Below are positions 1-8,062 of a stretch of 64,000 bases of DNA, in pieces. Both the position numbers and the translations under genes were made by a program. Under the pieces are notes generated by a model that was not told the DNA's origin, ran no database searches, and saw only the letters and a program-made list of their open reading frames with translations. The stretch is taken from positions 96,001 to 160,000 of the IMG/VR virus record IMGVR_UViG_3300022554_000002; one strand, written 5' to 3'. The DNA comes from a virus. Positions within the stretch are counted from its first letter, which is position 1, and each line of letters opens with the position of its first letter.

Positions 1-80
1 CGTTCTTCATTATTATAAACTTTATCTAAATTCTGATATGATGCATAAATCTCTTCTATGCTTTGTGCTTTTTGACTCAT
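1..80 (-). CDS. hypothetical protein, 5' part only (runs off window)
   Basis: ATG at 80 (MSQKAQSIEEIYASYQNLDKVYNNEE...), 13 nt downstream of the previous stop, open to the window edge. Confidence 0.5.
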   Translation of the reverse strand, partial: MSQKAQSIEEIYASYQNLDKVYNNEE

Positions 81-93
81 ATTAATTACTCAA

Positions 94-747
94 TTAAGAG
101 TTGTACCGCATCACAGTAAAGTTCTGCCAAGTGCTTTCAGATACATATTGTGGCAATCTCCACCGTCCCATAGTAACAGCAGCAGCATTAATGGATCGTG
201 GTTTGGCAACCTTAGCATTTTCACTTTCAATACTATTAAGAATTGCTTGCACGTTGGAAGCTAACATTTGTGGATCAGTGAAAATCAATCTAGCTTTCCA
301 CATTGTCAAATCCATTAATATAGTTCTTAAACATTGTGCATATGTCATAGATACCAACCAATCTGTTATGTATTCAGGATAACTTGCTTCAGTAAAAGCA
401 TTGTTAGGTGGCATGAAATTATATCGACTTAATGAATTATTTATAAATGATGTCAAAACTTCATCAGTAAAGTATTTAAAAGAATAATCAGCAGTAACAT
501 CATCACCAGCAACAAGACTAGTGACAACAATTGTTCCATTGGTTGAATCAATTGAATCTGGTGTTATAATAGTACCATTCTTACGAAATACAGGAGAAGG
601 AGAAGTATTCCAATTCTGATAAGGAAAAGAAATAGCTGTGGCACTTGTCAATCTGCCAAGATGATTCCAGCACTCAACAGTATTCAAATAATTCAATCTA
701 TATCGAATTCTCTCATCAATCAATTGCTGAAAAGTCAAACGTGCCAT
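94..747 (-). CDS. putative head-completion/neck virion protein
   Basis: 217-aa ORF downstream of the capsid gene; beta-rich N half, helical C half; the call rests on position only. Confidence 0.45.
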   Translation of the reverse strand: MARLTFQQLIDERIRYRLNYLNTVECWNHLGRLTSATAISFPYQNWNTSPSPVFRKNGTIITPDSIDSTNGTIVVTSLVAGDDVTADYSFKYFTDEVLTSFINNSLSRYNFMPPNNAFTEASYPEYITDWLVSMTYAQCLRTILMDLTMWKARLIFTDPQMLASNVQAILNSIESENAKVAKPRSINAAAVTMGRWRLPQYVSESTWQNFTVMRYNS

Positions 748-762
748 GAAAAGTCTCCGTCA

Positions 763-1107
763 TTAAGGAGTTTTATTATTCGCATGTACGGCAGTATTTT
801 GACTTTGTTGACTTACTGGTTTAACAAAAAAATTATTCCAAATAGTACTTAGAAGCAAAGGAACAAGAGCAGCTAGAATTACCCATGTGAGCTTATTAGA
901 CCGTTCTTTAGCCTTATCTAATCTATCTACAGTAAGAATTAAACCATCTTTACCATTACCATACAATTTCTTCTGGTGATCTTCTATTTTCTCATTAATA
1001 CTCTTACTTTCAGCCACATGTTCAGCTAAAGACTTGTCTATTTTTTGAACATTATCATTAATTTCTTTTAGAGTAGTCCACAGTCTATTCTGCTCGTCTT
1101 CATTCAT
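763..1107 (-). CDS. coiled-coil protein with one C-terminal TM helix (XhlA/holin-like)
   Basis: Likely start MNEDEQ at 1107 (the track's upstream extension crosses the promoter); heptad-rich N part then LTWVILAALVPLLLSTIW. Confidence 0.55.
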   Translation of the reverse strand: MNEDEQNRLWTTLKEINDNVQKIDKSLAEHVAESKSINEKIEDHQKKLYGNGKDGLILTVDRLDKAKERSNKLTWVILAALVPLLLSTIWNNFFVKPVSQQSQNTAVHANNKTP

Positions 1108-1156
1108 GATGTGAAGAATCCTTTTTAGAATCCTAAAAATACAATCCTCCAATATA

Positions 1157-1163
1157 TATAATC
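1157..1163 (-). promoter_or_regulatory. GATTATA phage-type (putative late) promoter
   Basis: gGATTATAtatattggagg, intergenic, same motif as before other virion genes. Confidence 0.55.
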
Positions 1164-1198
1164 CCATAAACCATATAAAATAATAATTATATAAAAAC

Positions 1199-1234
1199 AA
1201 AAAAGGCTAGGATTTTTATGTCCTAGCCTTTTTT
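1199..1234. terminator. intrinsic terminator after the major capsid gene (bidirectional)
   Basis: Perfect 14-bp inverted repeat aaaaaaggctagga / tcctagcctttttt with an 8-nt loop, giving U-tracts on both strands. Confidence 0.85.
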
Positions 1235-1259
1235 AAGCTTTATGAGTATTACTGCTTAA

Positions 1260-2153
1260 TTAGCCAGTAATGGTCATCTTAGCACAACCAACGTTGGTTA
1301 AAATGGCAGGGGCAATATATTCATAAAATAGCCAACCATACTGTAACAACTCAGGCTGCGGAGCATCCATCTGGCTCAAATCAATACGAACGGCGATTAC
1401 GCCAGTGAACTCAGGAGAAGCAACTGCAAGAATCTCATTTGCAGCCATCTTCTTGCTCAACCGGATTGCAGCACCCCACAAGTCGCCCATGTAGCCGACT
1501 TTGATCAATTCGCGCCGTGTGACCGGATCGAACCCAGTAGGATTACTGGCTAACTGTTTGCGGATATATTTGTAAGAACTGGCCTTCATTAGAAGGTGTT
1601 CTACGTTCACATCATAGTCTTCAATCCCTGCAAACAACTCTGCAAGATTGGTAAAATTAAAAGCACCAGTTACGCTTGCTGGAGGGGTAACACCGTCATT
1701 GATGTTTCCACCGGCACCACCAATACCACATGCAGCCCGAATAACTGCAAATACTTCGGTATCCTCAACCTCTGCCATTTCTGCCTGTGCGCGGACTTGG
1801 CTTCGATCAAGAACGTCAAACCGACGAATTGCTGGCTCTTCGACTGGAATGCGGACTAAGCTGACAATTGGGAAAGGCACTAACTCAATGCGCTTCCATG
1901 TATTGCCATCTAGTACACGTGGAGCACCACCACGTTCGCCAACTGTTACTGCACTGAACTGAGCATCTAAATCGTACCAAATTGGTGCGCCAGCTTCAAT
2001 GTGATGAACTGCAAGAACCTTTCGGCCAAGACTTACATAATCTCGACCTTCCTTGAATGGCTCTAACATCTTCTGACCAACCTCATAACGACCCTGTGGG
2101 GTAGTTAGTTGGCGACCAAGACGTTCAGCAGCTTTTGCCTTAATTACTTTCAT
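1260..2153 (-). CDS. major capsid protein (HK97 fold)
   Basis: 297 aa; FDPVTRRELIKVGYMGDLWGAAIRLS and YGWLFYEYIAPAILTN resemble large-phage capsid proteins; strong SD (aggag); follows protease/scaffold and decoration genes; strong terminator. Confidence 0.85.
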   Translation of the reverse strand: MKVIKAKAAERLGRQLTTPQGRYEVGQKMLEPFKEGRDYVSLGRKVLAVHHIEAGAPIWYDLDAQFSAVTVGERGGAPRVLDGNTWKRIELVPFPIVSLVRIPVEEPAIRRFDVLDRSQVRAQAEMAEVEDTEVFAVIRAACGIGGAGGNINDGVTPPASVTGAFNFTNLAELFAGIEDYDVNVEHLLMKASSYKYIRKQLASNPTGFDPVTRRELIKVGYMGDLWGAAIRLSKKMAANEILAVASPEFTGVIAVRIDLSQMDAPQPELLQYGWLFYEYIAPAILTNVGCAKMTITG

Positions 2154-2201
2154 TTGTAAAACTCCTTTTATCTTCTGTTAAGAATTCATCTCAATTTACA
2201 A

Positions 2202-2660
2202 TTAGTACTGCACATCAAAAGTCATAGACAATGGACGAGCAACGTCACCAGCATGACCGTATCCAAGAGCGATACCAATCTTAGGACAATTTGGACCTGT
2301 GCTGTTACCTGACGTAGTAACTTTACCAGTAGTTGATGGATACAGAATATCGCCAGCAGCAAAAGTCAAGCCTGACTGCAACTCTGTAGTCTCAATTACT
2401 GCAAAATCCAAAACCATTGACCGCTGTTCGCCAGATGGAGCACCAACTACTGTGGCAGTTGTGGTAGGACCAACTGAAGTAGAAAGAACTCGATCTTCAA
2501 GAGCAACACCAACTAATGCACCAGCAGCACCAGAACTAACTGCAATCTGGCCGTCAGTGTTAATTGTTAGCAACCGACCCTTTGCCCATGCAGTGCTTTC
2601 GCCAGAGCTAACTGCGGCAGAAAGACGGCTAAAACCACCGTGTTTAATGTTAAGACCCAT
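2202..2660 (-). CDS. capsid decoration/cement protein
   Basis: 152 aa, G/A/S/T-rich; LVGVALED and FAAGDILYPSTTGKVTTS...KIGIAL motifs; lies between scaffold and capsid genes. Confidence 0.7.
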   Translation of the reverse strand: MGLNIKHGGFSRLSAAVSSGESTAWAKGRLLTINTDGQIAVSSGAAGALVGVALEDRVLSTSVGPTTTATVVGAPSGEQRSMVLDFAVIETTELQSGLTFAAGDILYPSTTGKVTTSGNSTGPNCPKIGIALGYGHAGDVARPLSMTFDVQY

Positions 2661-2695
2661 TGTAAAATCTCCTATTTTCCTTTATCCATTCCAAC

Positions 2696-5600
2696 TTACT
2701 GTTGTTTTGCCTTAGAGAACTCAAACCCGTCATCTTCGGCAGAAACTTCATCATTCATCTGAGAAGGAATCATGCTGATCATTTTACCTGCTGATACAAC
2801 ACGTTCCCCCTCTACCTTTTTATAATCTTGCTTTTCTTGTAATTTCTTTGCCATTTTAATAGATTTTTCAAGATTTTCTGCTTCCTTGGCTAATTCAGCA
2901 TCTTCAAGTTTGGCTAACCGTAAAGCCTCATCTTTAACCTGTTCTTGCTCAATTAAACCAACAGTAGCCATCTTTTCTGCAAGTTTTGCAGTTACAGTAA
3001 CACGAGCCTTGACATAATTATCATATTCATAATGCTTTACGGAATCCTTTAATTGCTCATTTTCTTTCTTCAAGGATTCAATTTTTGCAGTAACCATAGG
3101 TAATGTGTCCGTAAACTGTTTAATTATGTCTTCCTTCTGCTTCAATTCAGCAATAACTTCACTGAATTTTTTCTTTGCCATGTTACCCATTGGACCAACC
3201 TTTTCAGCCGTTGGAGCTTCGCCACCACCAACAGGTGGAACATTGTCCTTACCTTTGTCCAGTGCTTCATCTTTGTAAGTGTCTGGTGTATCAGAAATTA
3301 CGTCCTCTTTCTTCTTATCCTCAATCATTTTTTCTAATTTACCAGCAAAATTCTCATTGACTGTAGCACCCTCACCAGCAACAATCTTAACTAAATCTTC
3401 TGCAACCTGACGAGCATTTGCAGCTTCATCGTTACTGACATAAACCTTCAAGAAATCTAATGCGGCGTCTTCAAGGTCTGATTTCTTTGGATCATCTTTT
3501 GACATATCTTCCAATGGTTTATCTTCCACTAATGCAGCAGGAGCCTGTGGTTCTGCAACATCTGGAAGAGCATCTTCTGTTGGATTGCCAACAGGAGCAC
3601 CACCCATTTGCGCAAGAATTACACCTTTGCTATTTAAATCTTCTTTATAAGCCTTACGAGCACCTTTAACCTTTAACACATTCTCAAGCTGATTCTTGTA
3701 CTCTTCGGTATGGAACACATCAACAAATTTTGCAACCTGTGAACCATAAGCCTGTTTTGCACTTACTGAGAAAATAGGAGTTCCTTTATGTTTTACAACA
3801 TAATAAGAATCTTGAGGGTTCTTTGTGTCTTTAACAAGTTTAGCAGAATACATCATATCCATTGGAGTTGGTGGAGCAACTGGTGCAGCATCAACAGGAG
3901 CAGGAACAGCAGAAATCTCAGTTACAGATGCAACACCAGCAGGAGCACCTTCACCAAGTTCCTCTTTTTCTTCTACAACTTCTGCATCAATTAATGCACT
4001 TAACTGCTCAACTAACTCTTTTGCCTTTTCCATTCCACCTAATGCAGCTTCGTCTCTAGCAACATCTGCTACTGGTGGCTTGCTGTCTTCTTTCTTCTCT
4101 TCAGACTTTGGTTCTGACTTTTCCTCTTTTTCGTCTTCCTTCTCTTCCTCTTCAGCAGTTACAGCTTTACCAGCAGTTTTAGCTTTAGGAAAACTATCTT
4201 CAGGATTTGTACCATTAGTCTCTTTGGCCTGACTGCCATTTGGAGTACCACTGTTTAAGGGAACTTTCTTAGGAGCAGGTTTGCTATCTTCAGGATTTGT
4301 AGAATTTACTTCTTTGTTCTGAGTGCCATTTGGAGTCTTTGGCATATCAGAATTTTTTAACTGAGCAATCTGCTCTTCAAGAACTGCAATCTGTTTTAAT
4401 TTTGCAATCCGTGCTTCCAATTCTTCAATCTGTTTTGAAGCTTCAGTTTTTGACTTGTTTGTATCACAAGCTTGGTCACCCTTGTCTTTACTTGGGAACT
4501 GGTCTTCTTTAACCTTACCTTCTGGTGTAGGCTGTTCCTCACCTTTTGCCTTATTGGTATCCTTGGCCTGTTCGCCATTTGGAGTACCATCATTAATTGG
4601 TTTACCTTCAGCCTTTGGAGGCTCTTCAGGTTTTACCTTATTTGTTTCTTTGCTCTGAGTACCATGTTCGTTCTCTTCAGGATTCTTAGGAGCACCAGAA
4701 GGAACAACAACAGGAGCTTCAGCCTGACCAGTAACCTCTAACATTTCATTTTCATCCTTTACTGCTTGTTCAAGTAATGCGTAAGCTTGGTTTGCAGTCA
4801 AATTCTCTATTTGACTTGCAGAGGCAAGCCGGAAAGTATTCAAAGCTTCAATTGCTGCTGTTTTAGCAAGTTTGCCACTCTTGATAGCTTGGCAATAAGC
4901 AGCAGGACTATCAAACTTGGCAACTACGGGTGTAGCACCGGGAATCAAACCGTGTTCCATTTTGTATCGTTGAAATTCACGAGCAATTGCATCTTCACTA
5001 GGAGCACCAATCGCTCCACCTGATACACCAGCACTTACCATTCGATCATCAACGCTACGAACTGAACCTTTAGAGCCACGATTAGGATTTACTGGTTTTT
5101 CTGGCATGTTATCATCACTCCCATCTTTTTTAGCTAAAACTTTCTTAATCAATGCATCTGGATCAGCAGGTTCACCAAAGGTGATTATTGAATCTTCTAC
5201 ACCCTCAAGCAACATATTAATTTCTTCAACCTTCTGTCCAACCTTTTCCTTAAACTGTCCACCATCTTGCCCTAAGTAAACTCTACCTTTAAGATTTAAA
5301 GCCTTTGGTGATAAATGATCGCAATTATGTACAGCAACATTATTTGCAACATATGTATGGTTGTCTTCAACCTCTAAATTATAAACAGAACCATTAAATT
5401 TTTCACTCATAACAGAATCAATTCGTCTTAATCTAAATAATCTATTATTATAAACTAAATATCTACCTTCTCTAGTATTTCTCTTAATTTCTAAACCACT
5501 ATATAATTTTTTAGCATTTGTCTTATTAACTGTCACTCTATAAATTGTTAAGTTTTCAGCAGGAACTAATTTAGTTGGCTCATTTTTCAAACAATTAATA

Positions 5601-7033
5601 TGAGCATGTAGTCCCAACTTATCACAAATATACATTAATTGGTCAGACAAATTCTTTGATGCAGTTTCCATAGAAACTTTAGTTACTTCATTATTAGCAT
5701 TTACTTTAACATATCCATCACCATCAATATATGCCATTAAGAAAACTTTTAATAATTCATTGGGCAAATTCAAAATATCATTATGAATTGTCTTTTCCTT
5801 AGCATATTCTCCACAATATTTAATGCACAAATCTGCTAATTTTCCATCATTACAAACTCGAATACTTCTGCTATTACCAGAATCATAAACTTTTGGCTCA
5901 TAATAATTAAATACTTTTCTACAAGCCTCTTTAATATTTTCAGTTAATTCTTCTTCGTTTTTATTTATAGAAAACTCAACACGATGCTTGTCTTGCTGCT
6001 TCGCTGCAATACATCCCTCTGCTAAATACCAACCAAGCAACCGAAGAAGATCAATATTATTTAATTCGTCTGAAATCTTATTATTTGTAATAACAGGAGT
6101 TAGTAGCCAATCACCCTGTTTAAGTTCTCCTGCTGGAATATATTCAAACTCTTTTTCTGCAAATTTCTTACTAACTTCATGCTTGCACTGTGCTCCATAA
6201 CCACACCGAACAAAACAACCAGAACTACAAACTGATTGTTTACTATCACGCTTACAATGAATATCTTCGGCCTTAATAGCAAGCATAGGATGGTTCTTAG
6301 TAACCATCAATGGTCTATATTCACTAGTAATACTCAAAATACTAATTTCTTGATCTACATTACGTTTATATAGTTTTGTAACCTTTTTTACTTCACCATT
6401 ATGTGTAATAACTTCATCACCAACACAAATATCTCGAATAGGCTTATTTGTGTAATTCTTTAAAAGAATTTCTGTATCACCGACAAAGCACCAATCAGCT
6501 TCTTCATATGCTAAATTCTCACAAATATTACAAATACTTTGACCAACCAAAACTCCCATAGATGTACCAACCACATCACCCTTTTTAATAGCATTTACAA
6601 CCATTGGAGCAAGTTGATTCTCAATCTCTAAAAGGAAGTCAATTGACTTCTCTTCTTTAATAGGAATAGCATCTATAATTGTGCCAATTCGTTTAGAACT
6701 ATCATGATTCAAGAGAACTGGACAACCAACCCAACTCTCATACATATGGCGACTACCTTCTTTCTTGGCTAATAGTTCAGTCCAAGGAAAGAAGTCACCA
6801 TTCTCATTCGCTACATCACCGTGCAAGCCACTTGTAACAATATAAGTACATCCCGGTTTTGTAGATATTACATATTTTGCTGCTTCGGTTTCTTTTGTTG
6901 CTTCACACACATCTAATTTATTTGCTGCAATAGATGCTACACGTGTTTGAAATCGAATCTTACCTTCCTCTGTGGAAGTATCAAATACTTCTTTAATAGT
7001 TCGTATTGCTACAGCACCAATGCGACGAAACAT
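2696..7033 (-). CDS. prohead protease-scaffold fusion containing an intein
   Basis: N-terminal NGDFF...PVLLNHD...GTIIDA...VGTSMGVLV protease-like region and CxxC...C-x-H knuckle; intein at aa 182-570; long acidic coiled-coil C-terminal scaffold. Confidence 0.8.
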   Translation of the reverse strand: MFRRIGAVAIRTIKEVFDTSTEEGKIRFQTRVASIAANKLDVCEATKETEAAKYVISTKPGCTYIVTSGLHGDVANENGDFFPWTELLAKKEGSRHMYESWVGCPVLLNHDSSKRIGTIIDAIPIKEEKSIDFLLEIENQLAPMVVNAIKKGDVVGTSMGVLVGQSICNICENLAYEEADWCFVGDTEILLKNYTNKPIRDICVGDEVITHNGEVKKVTKLYKRNVDQEISILSITSEYRPLMVTKNHPMLAIKAEDIHCKRDSKQSVCSSGCFVRCGYGAQCKHEVSKKFAEKEFEYIPAGELKQGDWLLTPVITNNKISDELNNIDLLRLLGWYLAEGCIAAKQQDKHRVEFSINKNEEELTENIKEACRKVFNYYEPKVYDSGNSRSIRVCNDGKLADLCIKYCGEYAKEKTIHNDILNLPNELLKVFLMAYIDGDGYVKVNANNEVTKVSMETASKNLSDQLMYICDKLGLHAHINCLKNEPTKLVPAENLTIYRVTVNKTNAKKLYSGLEIKRNTREGRYLVYNNRLFRLRRIDSVMSEKFNGSVYNLEVEDNHTYVANNVAVHNCDHLSPKALNLKGRVYLGQDGGQFKEKVGQKVEEINMLLEGVEDSIITFGEPADPDALIKKVLAKKDGSDDNMPEKPVNPNRGSKGSVRSVDDRMVSAGVSGGAIGAPSEDAIAREFQRYKMEHGLIPGATPVVAKFDSPAAYCQAIKSGKLAKTAAIEALNTFRLASASQIENLTANQAYALLEQAVKDENEMLEVTGQAEAPVVVPSGAPKNPEENEHGTQSKETNKVKPEEPPKAEGKPINDGTPNGEQAKDTNKAKGEEQPTPEGKVKEDQFPSKDKGDQACDTNKSKTEASKQIEELEARIAKLKQIAVLEEQIAQLKNSDMPKTPNGTQNKEVNSTNPEDSKPAPKKVPLNSGTPNGSQAKETNGTNPEDSFPKAKTAGKAVTAEEEEKEDEKEEKSEPKSEEKKEDSKPPVADVARDEAALGGMEKAKELVEQLSALIDAEVVEEKEELGEGAPAGVASVTEISAVPAPVDAAPVAPPTPMDMMYSAKLVKDTKNPQDSYYVVKHKGTPIFSVSAKQAYGSQVAKFVDVFHTEEYKNQLENVLKVKGARKAYKEDLNSKGVILAQMGGAPVGNPTEDALPDVAEPQAPAALVEDKPLEDMSKDDPKKSDLEDAALDFLKVYVSNDEAANARQVAEDLVKIVAGEGATVNENFAGKLEKMIEDKKKEDVISDTPDTYKDEALDKGKDNVPPVGGGEAPTAEKVGPMGNMAKKKFSEVIAELKQKEDIIKQFTDTLPMVTAKIESLKKENEQLKDSVKHYEYDNYVKARVTVTAKLAEKMATVGLIEQEQVKDEALRLAKLEDAELAKEAENLEKSIKMAKKLQEKQDYKKVEGERVVSAGKMISMIPSQMNDEVSAEDDGFEFSKAKQQ
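5324..6490 (-). mobile_element. intein with LAGLIDADG homing endonuclease (389 aa)
   Basis: Starts CFVGDTEILL; ends YNLEVEDNHTYVANNVAVHN followed by +1 Cys; LAGLIDADG motifs LLGWYLAEGC and FLMAYIDGDG. Confidence 0.93.
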
Positions 7034-7067
7034 TACAATTCCTCGAAAAATTACAACCTCTATAAAG

Positions 7068-7074
7068 TATAATC
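7068..7074 (-). promoter_or_regulatory. GATTATA phage-type promoter (protease-capsid operon)
   Basis: cGATTATActttatagagg, 35 nt before the ATG at 7033. Confidence 0.6.
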
Positions 7075-7084
7075 GGTAACTATG

Positions 7085-8062
7085 TTAAATCTTTTGTAAG
7101 TTCTCAATATCTTTTTTAAGATTATTACAAGCAGTCTTAAAATTACAAAGTGCTTTAAACCCATTATAATTTAATACAAAATACGGGAAGTTATTAGCAA
7201 ATTGACACACTTTATCAACTTTATCATGTGCTTCTTGTAATGATTTAATGCCTGTGGTATATTTTGTAATAACTGAGGCTTTCTTAATTGCTACAACCCC
7301 ACTTTGAGCATTTGAGAAGCTTGAAAAATATTTTGCTTCTGCCTGAAAAGTTTGTGCAGCTTCCTGAACCTGTGGAAGAATTTCATTAGCAACCTGCTTC
7401 AAATGCTCTAATTGACCACTAGCACCTATATCCTGAGAAGCCATAGGTGTATTGGTTTCTACTGCCTCTCCACCACCACCCATAAAACCTTGATTTAATA
7501 ATTCTACTAAATCTACTAAACCATTTTGAGCAGTAATCAAAGAACGAGTAACATTCATTAATAATTGCTCTACATTATTTGCCTGTGCATTTGCTTGCAT
7601 TTGTGGACCTTCTTTTCGTCTTCGGGCTAATTCATTTAAACAATAATTAATCTCATCCTGATAATAACCAGCATTAGGATTATCAGGATTGGCCTTCAAT
7701 GCTTCATATGCGTCTTTCATAATAAATCGTAACTGATTTTCAGATTTAGACTTAAGACTCTCAGGATAGGCAGCATGATCCATCTGCTTATTCATCATCT
7801 GAGCAGTAATCTGATTACCCATGTTTTTAACCATCTCCACACCTTGCATGAATGTATTTTGATCAATATTAGTATTTTGCGCAGGATCAGTCCTAAATTT
7901 ACCTAAATTTAAATTTTTGTTATACTCTTCTCTAAAACTATTTAACTGAGGATCATTACGCAAACTAGCAATATCTTGATTCGCGTGTTGAGCTAACCAA
8001 GATTGAAAGCCAGCATGATTACTCAAGTAACTTGCTACGCTTTGACTAGTCGGTGAGTCCAT
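7085..8062 (-). CDS. hypothetical helical protein (putative head-internal)
   Basis: 325 aa, Q/N-rich, SD-like aggaagagga; lies in the head operon. Confidence 0.7.
   Translation of the reverse strand: MDSPTSQSVASYLSNHAGFQSWLAQHANQDIASLRNDPQLNSFREEYNKNLNLGKFRTDPAQNTNIDQNTFMQGVEMVKNMGNQITAQMMNKQMDHAAYPESLKSKSENQLRFIMKDAYEALKANPDNPNAGYYQDEINYCLNELARRRKEGPQMQANAQANNVEQLLMNVTRSLITAQNGLVDLVELLNQGFMGGGGEAVETNTPMASQDIGASGQLEHLKQVANEILPQVQEAAQTFQAEAKYFSSFSNAQSGVVAIKKASVITKYTTGIKSLQEAHDKVDKVCQFANNFPYFVLNYNGFKALCNFKTACNNLKKDIENLQKI

Noticed and set aside
1260-2153. Encapsulin rather than phage capsid
   Set aside because: Context of protease/scaffold, decoration, portal, adaptor and terminase indicates a virion capsid
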